A stretch of 33,742 nucleotides of DNA from Bdellovibrionota bacterium. GTDB taxonomy: Bacteria; Bdellovibrionota; Bdellovibrionia; Bdellovibrionales; JAEYZS01. A program made the position numbers and the translations under genes. Below, in pieces: positions 1 to 7,735 of the stretch. The DNA is taken from contig CAUJEF010000152.1 in NCBI GenBank assembly GCA_963169515.1, positions 1-33,742 of the forward strand. Reading direction: 5' to 3'. Numbering within the stretch: the first letter of the stretch is position 1; each line of letters opens with the position of its first letter. The notes under the pieces are model-generated. The model worked only from the letters and a program-made list of their open reading frames with translations. It was not told where the DNA came from and did no database searches.

Positions 1-522
1 GCGCACGTTATCGATGGATCCCTATTGCCTTCAAATGAATATATCGCTCTACCGAGCAAAAAAAGAATTGTAATACACTCAATCCGAAACCATAAACACA
101 TTTTAAAAAGCGCAAGCAAGGGCGAGGCTGTTACGCTATCAATTAACACAAATTTGGATCGAGGGGATCTGCTCGTCCCCTTAAAAAATAAAATACGACA
201 TTCAAAGAGGCTAGACGCCATCATAATTTGGTTTTCACATACGCCACTAAAGGCCGGAATTGACGTTACGCTTCAGAGGATGGCTTCCACTCAACCCGCA
301 ACAATTGAACATGTACACACTAAATTTGACCTAGAAGTCTTTGGGAAACAAATTGCCACGGACAAGCTCGAAATAAATGATACTGGGATTGTCACTATCA
401 TGTCCTCTAATGACATTTATTTTGATGACTACCAAAATTGTAAGAAGATGGGAGCTGGAACAATTACAGACAGAAACAATGGAAAGGTCTTAGGGGCCTT
501 TCTTCTTAAAGGAAACGTTTAA
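1..522 (+). CDS. cysN: Sulfate adenylyltransferase subunit 1 (CysN)-like, 3' part only; frame open from the window edge
   Basis: The frame has no stop from base 1 (AHVIDGSLLPS...). EF-Tu-like domain II/III motifs typical of CysN: ALPS, A.KGEAVTL, LDRGDLL, LEIND.G.V, FDDY, MGAG...D. The stop overlaps the cysC start (TAATG). Confidence 0.8.
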   Translation, partial: AHVIDGSLLPSNEYIALPSKKRIVIHSIRNHKHILKSASKGEAVTLSINTNLDRGDLLVPLKNKIRHSKRLDAIIIWFSHTPLKAGIDVTLQRMASTQPATIEHVHTKFDLEVFGKQIATDKLEINDTGIVTIMSSNDIYFDDYQNCKKMGAGTITDRNNGKVLGAFLLKGNV

Positions 523-1055
523 TGGTTATTTGGATCACGGGCCTCCCCAGCTCAGGAAAAACTACCCTAGCACAACAGTTAGTAATTTTGTTCGAAAAAA
601 ATAGAATCCCGTGCGAGCATATCGATAGTGATCAAATTCGGAAGGTTTTTTCAAATACTGGATATTCGAAGTCCGCACGAAACGAACACACTAAAATGGT
701 CGGATATTGGGCAAGCAGGCTTGAGCATTTTGGAGTTGTGCCCATTGTCTCATTAATTTCGCCCTATGAAGAGTCTCGCAACTACGCCCGGCGTGCTTGT
801 TCTGATTTTTTTGAAATCCATTTAACTACTGCTTTGACAGTATGCGAGTCTCGAGATCCAAAGGGTTTATATAAAAAAGCACGGAATGGGGAAATTCGAG
901 AGTTCACCGGCATAAGTGCTCCGTACGAAGCCCCAACCAATGCAGAACTTGAGCTGGATACTGGCACTCTATCCATCTGCGATTCTACACGCCTGATAGT
1001 AAACCACCTGAATACCCGAAGTGGAAAATATTTATGGAATTCATGTCTGAAATAG
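522..1055 (+). CDS. cysC: Adenylyl-sulfate (APS) kinase
   Basis: VIWITGLPSSGKTT P-loop, D.D.IR, SLISPY, CESRDPKGLYKKARNGEIREFTGISAPYEAP hallmark motifs. Confidence 0.97.
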   Translation: MVIWITGLPSSGKTTLAQQLVILFEKNRIPCEHIDSDQIRKVFSNTGYSKSARNEHTKMVGYWASRLEHFGVVPIVSLISPYEESRNYARRACSDFFEIHLTTALTVCESRDPKGLYKKARNGEIREFTGISAPYEAPTNAELELDTGTLSICDSTRLIVNHLNTRSGKYLWNSCLK

Positions 1056-1402
1056 ATTTCCAACGCCTGAAAGCAAAAATCCACCAGCGCGGCTACATTC
1101 GAACTGACCTCCGCGGAACATCGATGTTGCCCCTATTGAAAGATGGCCAGGAAGTTTTAATACAAAAACTGACAGCGGAATTGAAGACTTTTGATTCTAT
1201 TGTTTTCTGGAATGGTAAAGTCTTAATTTGTCACGTAATTAAACATATAAATTCAATTTCAAAAAGCTATGTAACGACCGGCCTACTCCTTCAAAAAGAA
1301 GACACTCCCGTCATGGAACATCAGATTCTTGGACAAGCCACAATTAAAATTCCATTCTTTTTAAAAGTGTATTTAACAATTAAATGGAAACTCAAGGATT
1401 GA
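1034..1402 (+). CDS. S24/S26-family (signal peptidase-like) peptidase, candidate leader peptidase
   Basis: GTSMLPLLKDG catalytic-Ser box, then D.IVF...LICH (His at the general-base position). Small, with no N-terminal TM helix. The start may be 1043. Confidence 0.75.
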   Translation: MEFMSEIDFQRLKAKIHQRGYIRTDLRGTSMLPLLKDGQEVLIQKLTAELKTFDSIVFWNGKVLICHVIKHINSISKSYVTTGLLLQKEDTPVMEHQILGQATIKIPFFLKVYLTIKWKLKD

Positions 1403-1688
1403 TCAGCGTGATTAACCCCAGCTTTTTTAATTCGTCCGCAAATTTTTTCAACTGGCTTTTAACAGCGTGCTTAGATCTGCCTGCGTCGACCAAGCGACTC
1501 GAAATGTGCTTTAAGGAACTTTTGCCATCGATCAAGACCCAAGCTTTGGCCGCTAAACCATCTATTGTGTAGCATATGGACATTTCCTTCAGATCAATAA
1601 CTGTTACACTGCCATCTTGGTTCGATTTCGTCAAAACCGATCGCCTTTTCCTAAGCATAGAGCGTAAACTGGCCGACTTCATATCCAT
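1392..1688 (-). CDS. PqqD-family / RiPP recognition element (RRE) protein 1
   Basis: About 98 aa from ATG 1688 (the track extends to 1766). YTIDGLAAKAWVLIDGKSSLKHI and C-terminal FADELKKLGLI match the PqqD pattern. Confidence 0.85.
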   Translation of the reverse strand: MDMKSASLRSMLRKRRSVLTKSNQDGSVTVIDLKEMSICYTIDGLAAKAWVLIDGKSSLKHISSRLVDAGRSKHAVKSQLKKFADELKKLGLITLINP

Positions 1689-1828
1689 TACACTAAGGCT
1701 AAACCACGGGCCCTGCAATGTACTAGTTAAATACCAAATGTAATGATACTGCCGCACCTTTTCCAAACTCTAATTTATTTGCCAGGCCAATAAAAAAATG
1801 GGACGCTTCAGGCTTACAGGGGCGGATT

Positions 1829-1999
1829 ATGTCGAATGACAAAAGAAGTAAAAAGGCCATCCAAAAAGGGACTGCCACTACCACTGCCCAAAGCAGCTCC
1901 GAAAAAAACTTTAAATTTGGTCAAATAAAAAAAATAGCCTCAACACGTAAACAACACAGGCCAATTATTCATGGCGGATCAGGTACCTGCACCTCATAA
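1829..1999 (+). CDS. Putative RiPP precursor peptide, 56 aa: MSNDKRSKKAIQKGTATTTAQSSSEKNFKFGQIKKIASTRKQHRPIIHGGSGTCTS
   Basis: Hand-translated ATG 1829 to TAA 1997-1999, with a purine-rich RBS-like AGGGGCGG just upstream. First ORF of the sulfotransferase-RRE-LanB run, with a Ser/Thr/Cys/Gly C-terminus. Below the track's length cutoff. Confidence 0.75.
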   Translation: MSNDKRSKKAIQKGTATTTAQSSSEKNFKFGQIKKIASTRKQHRPIIHGGSGTCTS

Positions 2000-2762
2000 G
2001 CAACCGAATATAAAGCCGTATGCGCTGCTAGGGACCGCACGCTCAGGATCGACGCCTTTTTTTCGCCTAACGTCACAATACATACAGCAGCATTCCAACC
2101 AACTCGATGCCCATGAATTTTTGATATATTTAGGTCAAAAATACAAAATAAATAAAGATTATTCCATAGAATATTGGGGTGCTGGAATCTCTGACCCAGC
2201 AAGATTGCCCGGCTTTGGGTCACCTCAGTTCCATAAACGCCTTAACTTTATCCGCAAAAACTATCACCGCTATTATCTGAAGTTCTTTGCATCTATGATG
2301 ACTCCCGATGTTCAACGCTGGGCCATGGACAGCTATCAATGGTTACTTATTGAACGACGAGACTTATTTCAACAACTTCTTAGCCGACTTATTAGTAAGC
2401 TAACAAATCATTGGTATAGCAATGAAGGGACAAACCTATTACAAAATTCTCTCATCGCCCCCTGCCGCGAGGATGGTCGATGTGTCTACATCGATTTTTT
2501 TGCAGAGGAAATGATCACCTACTTTCAAATAAAGAATTATTTGGGCGATCGAGCTCGAACAGTTTACTACGAAGACTTTGTGACCCAACCGGTTGAAATA
2601 ACTCTCGAAAAAATTGGCTTTTCTCAACCGTTTGATATAACCAAATTTGAATGGACGTGTCGGCAAAACCCCATGGATAAATCTTCGATTTTTAAGAATA
2701 TTGGTGAAATACAGCAATGTTACAGGGCCACCGTCTTGCAGAGCTTTTGTCCCATCAAATGA
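1971..2762 (+). CDS. PAPS-dependent sulfotransferase, Stf0-like
   Basis: 5'-PSB loop GTARSGST, 3'-PB region ERRDLFQQLLSRLIS...W and VYYEDF. Adjacent to cysNC. Confidence 0.75.
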   Translation: MADQVPAPHKQPNIKPYALLGTARSGSTPFFRLTSQYIQQHSNQLDAHEFLIYLGQKYKINKDYSIEYWGAGISDPARLPGFGSPQFHKRLNFIRKNYHRYYLKFFASMMTPDVQRWAMDSYQWLLIERRDLFQQLLSRLISKLTNHWYSNEGTNLLQNSLIAPCREDGRCVYIDFFAEEMITYFQIKNYLGDRARTVYYEDFVTQPVEITLEKIGFSQPFDITKFEWTCRQNPMDKSSIFKNIGEIQQCYRATVLQSFCPIK

Positions 2763-2787
2763 TTCCAGCCAAGAGGCCATAATAAAA

Positions 2788-3081
2788 ATGATCAACCAAA
2801 TATCAAAAAATAAGATTCCAACAAAACCCAGGGGGGTTTTGTCCAAGCGTGTAAACAAAAACAAAATAGTAATTCAACGCCTAGGCCTGCCTGACAGTTT
2901 TTTTTTCATCGACTTTGTTGCAGCTGAGGCTTGGGATTTAATGAATGGCTCAAACAGCTTCAGCCAAATAGTTGCATTACTTAAAGAAAAACACCCGGAA
3001 GCCACTGTTAATCAAGTAGAGAGCAAGTTGATGGACTTAGTCAATAGCCTTATTAAAAATAAACTTGTGCAAATGGCTTGA
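2788..3081 (+). CDS. PqqD-family / RRE protein 2
   Basis: Likely start is ATG 2788 after AAGAGG (the track start 2647 overlaps the upstream gene). FFFIDFVAAEAWDLMNGSNSFSQI...LVNSLIKNKLV. The stop directly abuts the LanB start. Confidence 0.85.
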   Translation: MINQISKNKIPTKPRGVLSKRVNKNKIVIQRLGLPDSFFFIDFVAAEAWDLMNGSNSFSQIVALLKEKHPEATVNQVESKLMDLVNSLIKNKLVQMA

Positions 3082-6018
3082 ATGACAAAAATTAAATGTA
3101 CTGATTTTTTTATAGTACGATATCCAACCTTACCCGCATCCATTTGCTGCGATCTAGACCGTAAAAAAACTGTCGCGCTCATGTCAAATCCCACTATATT
3201 AAAAGCGGTCCAGGTAGCCTCGCCCGTATTTATCGAACATTGGAACAGTAGAAAAGAAAATGATAAGTTGATAATAGATAAAGCCTATCAATATCTTGTA
3301 AGAATGTCATCGCGAACCTTGCCGTTCGGGGCTTTTACCTCTGCAATAACCGGTAAAATCCAAAACACAAATAGCTTAATTCCTCCCAAATTGGATGATC
3401 TTATTTTTAATTTTTATTCTGATGAAGTTGAAGTCGACAAGATTTACAAAGAACTGTTATCGGACGTCAAAACTCTTCAAAATGCAAAATTTTTTTTAAA
3501 TCCAACCATTCGTTTCTTGAACTCAACCACTATTCGCTTATGGTCGTGGAAATGGGAAAAAGGGCAAAGAGATTATCAAGAAGTTTTTCTTAAAATTCCA
3601 CGCCACACATTTTGCGCCATAAAACAAATTCAAAAAGATCTCTGTTATATCGATATAGCAAAAATTTTTACAAAAACAGGCGTCTCCTCAAAAAACCTCC
3701 ATGCATATGTAATGGACTTGCTTGAGCACAAAATTATTTTCCCAGACTTTCACCCTCGCAGCAGTGGGTTCAGTTCAAATCTTAACCGTTGGGCTAAGCT
3801 GCTACCCCATTCTTCAATAAAAAAGAAAATCGAAAAATACAGATCCAGCTTGGGCGCCTACACCAACAAAAACCTCGCCACAGCACCAAACAACAACGTA
3901 ACAGTAATGGTATCCGCAAGGACCGCGCAGAGCTTATCCCATACAACCGTCGAAAGCGTCAGGCTCACAGCACAAAATATGATTCGTGCTTTCGGGCGAA
4001 GGTCCTATGTTGCCAACCAAAACTCTACGGTCGGAGTTTACAAAAAAGAGTTCCTATTAAAATTTGGTACCTCTGCCGTACCGCTATTGGATGCCTTGAG
4101 CCTATTTAATGCTACAAACAACAACAATAATTCTTATCTCGCTGATGGGTTGCTCGAATGTTTTTGGCAGAAACGGTTTTTCACCACTCCCCCTCAGGAT
4201 GATTTGCCAGGATGGAACATTAATCTTACCCAACATGATTGGGTCGATTTGTTTGAAATAGACTCTGCCATAATGAATGCTTCTGACCCCACCCCAAGCT
4301 CTGGCACAATATATTTTTCTCTGTTCGACAACTCGACTGTGATTAATCGAATTCTCGGCTGGTCAGCGGCAAAAATGATTTCTCGCTACTGCCTAAATGA
4401 TTCTTTATTGGTGAAAGAATTGTCAAAATTTAATGAATTCGATCGGTCGCGTTATGATGAACTTGTTTTTGCTGAATTGGAAAATTTTGACACAGGATAC
4501 ACAGCAAATATCTCCAAACGCCCGCCCCTGTTAAGCCATGAAATAAGATTATTTTCCGGACCAGACGCGAAGCTCAAGAACATCAAATTAAACGATCTCT
4601 ATATCCTTCTTCGAAACAATAGGTTTGTCCTCTACTCCGATTCTTTAAAAAAAGAAATTGTACCTCAGTTAAGCGCTCCCATCTGGCCAGGGACGTCGAT
4701 AATACCCGCTGTGCTTTATCGGTTTTTAGCGCTGCTACGTTCTGATTTAGAGTGGCCATACGTTAAACTTATGTTTGGTAATCTCGAGCAGAATGAGCAT
4801 CTTCCAAGAATTACATTTGGTCCAGTGGTCTGTCGGCCTGAAAGTTGGCTTTTGGACCCAAAAAGGATTTTGGCTGCTCTAGAATCCAACAATCTTAACA
4901 CGCTTAAGTTGCCCGACAAGATAAACTGGATCGAATACGATCGAAAAACTCCTATTTTTTTCAAATCAGATCAAAGTGTGTCTGTATTTAAGAGGGGACT
5001 AAAGAAGCTTGCTGGCAAAAGCGCAACCGTTTATCTCGAAGAAATAATCTATGATTTCAATTCTCCCGCAGATGCTTTTAATGAAATTGTATTACCATTC
5101 TATAATGAGACCTATATCCGAAAACAATTCAAAATACCTGACCTTGCCTATTCCAACACTCGCCGCAGGGTAGAACCGGATTGTATCTACTTCCAGTTTT
5201 ATTGTAGCGCAGAAAACGACTACTTTTTAAGCTCAGAACTCGCTCCATTTTTAAAGAGTCAAAAAATTAACAACTATTTTTTTATTCGTTTTGATCAACC
5301 AGATTACCATCTTCGTTTGCGCATCTTTAGCTCCATTAAATCCCATCGTGATGTCCATAGTACCTTGTGGAAAAAGGCGTCTGGCTGGCTTGCAAATGGA
5401 ATCATTAGCGATTTCAAAGTATGTCCATATATTAAAGAGCTCGAAATTTATAGCGGCCCCCAAGGGGTAAATATCTTTGAAAAACTTAGCGTTATAGATA
5501 CGAGGCTTGCTTTAGGGTTCCTTAAGTCTTCTCCAGAGAACAGATTTAAAGATCACACCCTCGATGCCGAAACCTTCGATTTTTTGACAATGAGCGCGCT
5601 TAGCTATGCCCATTTGTTTTGGCCAAGTTATGGGGATCATATTTTAGAAATTAAAAATATTATAAAAAAACAAACACCCATCGCAAGTGTATCAGACAGA
5701 ATATCTAAAGCATCGTATCAAGATCTCAGACGCTCGCTTATGAAACGCACCTTGGACGCACGTAATGAATGTTGGGCTACGTATAAAAAGTGTTCGCACT
5801 TGCGCCGTGATGCAATTATTCAGTTTAGAAAAAATAAGAAAAACAAATCTATTCAGGTCGAAGTTTCTGTATTTTTTGAGAGAATGTTTCACCTTATGAA
5901 TAACCGTATATTCAGCCAGAACAGTGTCATCCATGAAACTCAATTATTACTTACAGTCCTCGCTCTCCTGGAGCGAGAACAGGCATTGGCAGCTCATCGA
6001 AATGAAAAAACTATTTAA
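3082..6018 (+). CDS. lanB: LanB-type lantibiotic dehydratase (glutamylation domain plus C-terminal elimination domain)
   Basis: 978 aa. Glutamylation domain: FFIVRYP, YLVRMSSRTLPFGAF, LNPT, LPRITFGPVVCRPESW. Elimination domain: YFFIRFDQPDYHLRLRIF, YIKELEIYSG, HLMNNRIF. Confidence 0.92.
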   Translation: MTKIKCTDFFIVRYPTLPASICCDLDRKKTVALMSNPTILKAVQVASPVFIEHWNSRKENDKLIIDKAYQYLVRMSSRTLPFGAFTSAITGKIQNTNSLIPPKLDDLIFNFYSDEVEVDKIYKELLSDVKTLQNAKFFLNPTIRFLNSTTIRLWSWKWEKGQRDYQEVFLKIPRHTFCAIKQIQKDLCYIDIAKIFTKTGVSSKNLHAYVMDLLEHKIIFPDFHPRSSGFSSNLNRWAKLLPHSSIKKKIEKYRSSLGAYTNKNLATAPNNNVTVMVSARTAQSLSHTTVESVRLTAQNMIRAFGRRSYVANQNSTVGVYKKEFLLKFGTSAVPLLDALSLFNATNNNNNSYLADGLLECFWQKRFFTTPPQDDLPGWNINLTQHDWVDLFEIDSAIMNASDPTPSSGTIYFSLFDNSTVINRILGWSAAKMISRYCLNDSLLVKELSKFNEFDRSRYDELVFAELENFDTGYTANISKRPPLLSHEIRLFSGPDAKLKNIKLNDLYILLRNNRFVLYSDSLKKEIVPQLSAPIWPGTSIIPAVLYRFLALLRSDLEWPYVKLMFGNLEQNEHLPRITFGPVVCRPESWLLDPKRILAALESNNLNTLKLPDKINWIEYDRKTPIFFKSDQSVSVFKRGLKKLAGKSATVYLEEIIYDFNSPADAFNEIVLPFYNETYIRKQFKIPDLAYSNTRRRVEPDCIYFQFYCSAENDYFLSSELAPFLKSQKINNYFFIRFDQPDYHLRLRIFSSIKSHRDVHSTLWKKASGWLANGIISDFKVCPYIKELEIYSGPQGVNIFEKLSVIDTRLALGFLKSSPENRFKDHTLDAETFDFLTMSALSYAHLFWPSYGDHILEIKNIIKKQTPIASVSDRISKASYQDLRRSLMKRTLDARNECWATYKKCSHLRRDAIIQFRKNKKNKSIQVEVSVFFERMFHLMNNRIFSQNSVIHETQLLLTVLALLEREQALAAHRNEKTI

Positions 6019-7411
6019 GCAAAATTGGTTCTTACTTCTGGTCGGTTCGTTTTTAGTTCTTTCCGCATGGGGCAGGATTAACTTGCCAGCTTTTTGGGAT
6101 GAAACTAAGGTGTATTTTAGGCCTCTTTTTTGGATGTATGAAAATAACGGGAACTTCTTTTCTCTTGCCCCTACAAAATTTGATCGCCCGCCGGGGCTGC
6201 ATTTATTTTATCTTCCATTCCTTTGGCTGTTTGGACCCCACGTTGTAGTTGTCCGCGTCCTGAATGTAATATTTTTCTATATTGGGCTATTTTTTTTCTA
6301 CAAAGTTCTAAGCAGGCAGAACGCCACAACTGCCCAGGTGACAACGGTATTTTTCCTGCTAACACCCATTGTTGAAGTTTATTTTGTACAATATATCGGC
6401 GATGCTCAGCTCTTCATCTTATACTCTGCTGTGCTATATGCCCTTACCTTTTATAAAGATAAATATGTAACCATTTTCATTCTAGGTTTTTTAAGCGGAC
6501 TCGCAAGGGAACCTGCAGTTTTTCTCACCCCTGCAGTTCTTTTTTATTATCGATATGAAAATAAGAAGTTAAAAAAAAATGAATGGCTGGCCTCTTTCGG
6601 GCCTTTTTTCGGTTTCTCGACGGCCATACTCATCACCTTTTTGAAAACCAGATTATTTTTTAATCATTTAACAATCGACTCTGGTCACATAAACTTTTTC
6701 CTAAACCTTTTTGAGAGACTAGACATTCTCAATCGAGCCTTCATAGTCCCTTATAGAATTCTGCCTTTGCTGGGGTTTGCTTCAATCATGTTTTTCTTGA
6801 ATCGGAAGGCGCTTCGAGTTTCTGCATCTGACGCTTACTGTTTGATTATTGGACTTGCAAATCTAACTCTATTTTCTAGTCACACACTTGCCCTGCCAAG
6901 GTACTTTTTTGCTGGTTTTCCATTTATATTATATCTTTTAATCAAAATCTGCTTTGCAGGCTCGACTTCAAAAAGGATGAAAGCCATAATAACAACACTT
7001 ATTTTAGTCCCTGCAATATTTATTGGCACCCCCAAAGTCAAAGACCAAAAAGGCTTTTATTTCATGACAGGCTATCAAGATACGATGGAATATATAAAAG
7101 TGTTAGGGGTCCATAAAAAGGTAATAGCTACAGTTAAGACGGAACTCAGAAGTGCGGACACAATTGCAACCTCCTGGCCTTTCATTTCGATTCTTGAATC
7201 CAAATATGCTGGATATGGACCTCCCGGTGAATTTAATATCACCGCTGATTTAGAAAAGCTCATTGTACCACCACGTGCTATTCTATGGACCAATTTCCCC
7301 GAACAAATACCTCGCGGAGAGATCGACAAAATTTTATCTCATGCACAATATAGAGAAACTGTATTCGATTATCCACCGATTAAAATTCGCCTTTTCCTGA
7401 AGCCCAATTAA
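6002..7411 (+). CDS. GT-C fold integral-membrane glycosyltransferase (ArnT/PMT-like)
   Basis: Likely start ATG 6002 (MKKLFKQ), overlapping the LanB end. Many TM helices, a WDE acidic motif after the first TM, DRPPG, PRY motif and a soluble C-terminal domain. Confidence 0.75.
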   Translation: MKKLFKQNWFLLLVGSFLVLSAWGRINLPAFWDETKVYFRPLFWMYENNGNFFSLAPTKFDRPPGLHLFYLPFLWLFGPHVVVVRVLNVIFFYIGLFFFYKVLSRQNATTAQVTTVFFLLTPIVEVYFVQYIGDAQLFILYSAVLYALTFYKDKYVTIFILGFLSGLAREPAVFLTPAVLFYYRYENKKLKKNEWLASFGPFFGFSTAILITFLKTRLFFNHLTIDSGHINFFLNLFERLDILNRAFIVPYRILPLLGFASIMFFLNRKALRVSASDAYCLIIGLANLTLFSSHTLALPRYFFAGFPFILYLLIKICFAGSTSKRMKAIITTLILVPAIFIGTPKVKDQKGFYFMTGYQDTMEYIKVLGVHKKVIATVKTELRSADTIATSWPFISILESKYAGYGPPGEFNITADLEKLIVPPRAILWTNFPEQIPRGEIDKILSHAQYRETVFDYPPIKIRLFLKPN

Positions 7412-7429
7412 TGGTAACTCTAAATACGT

Positions 7430-7735
7430 ATGAAAAGTAAACAACTCCCCGGTACTTTTAGATTTGCTGAAGGTATTTTTATTTGCAATTCACTGAACTC
7501 CCTCCAGTTGGTCAAGATACATCGCTCATCTGGCGTCTACGATCTGGATGGTTTGGTGGCTCAAATCGTAAGAAAAATTGACGGAAAAACTTCCCTACAG
7601 ACAATTGTAGAATATATTGCATCCCAAAATAATATAAATATTGATGATCTTGCCGCAGAAACCACACACTTAGTCGAATACTTACTGGCTGAAAACTTAA
7701 TTAAGATCCAATCAGACTACATCGATATGAATTGA
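7430..7735 (+). CDS. PqqD-family / RRE protein 3
   Basis: VYDLDGLVAQIVRKIDGKTSLQTIVEYI...LVEYLLAENLI, the same pattern as the other two copies. Confidence 0.85.
   Translation: MKSKQLPGTFRFAEGIFICNSLNSLQLVKIHRSSGVYDLDGLVAQIVRKIDGKTSLQTIVEYIASQNNINIDDLAAETTHLVEYLLAENLIKIQSDYIDMN

Noticed and set aside
1836..1928. Alternative-frame ORF MTKEVKRPSKKGLPLPLPKAAPKKTLNLVK overlapping the precursor
   Set aside because: It has no Ser/Thr/Cys core and poorer RBS spacing than ATG 1829. It would matter only if the A7 run at 1902-1908 were a sequencing indel joining it to the FKFG frame, which reads could check.
2647..2787. N-terminal extension of RRE2 in the ORF track (similar over-long starts at 1766, 5924, 9912, 12668 and 23673)
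   Set aside because: These overlap neighbouring genes or lack an RBS. Downstream ATGs give better RBS or coupling and family-typical lengths.
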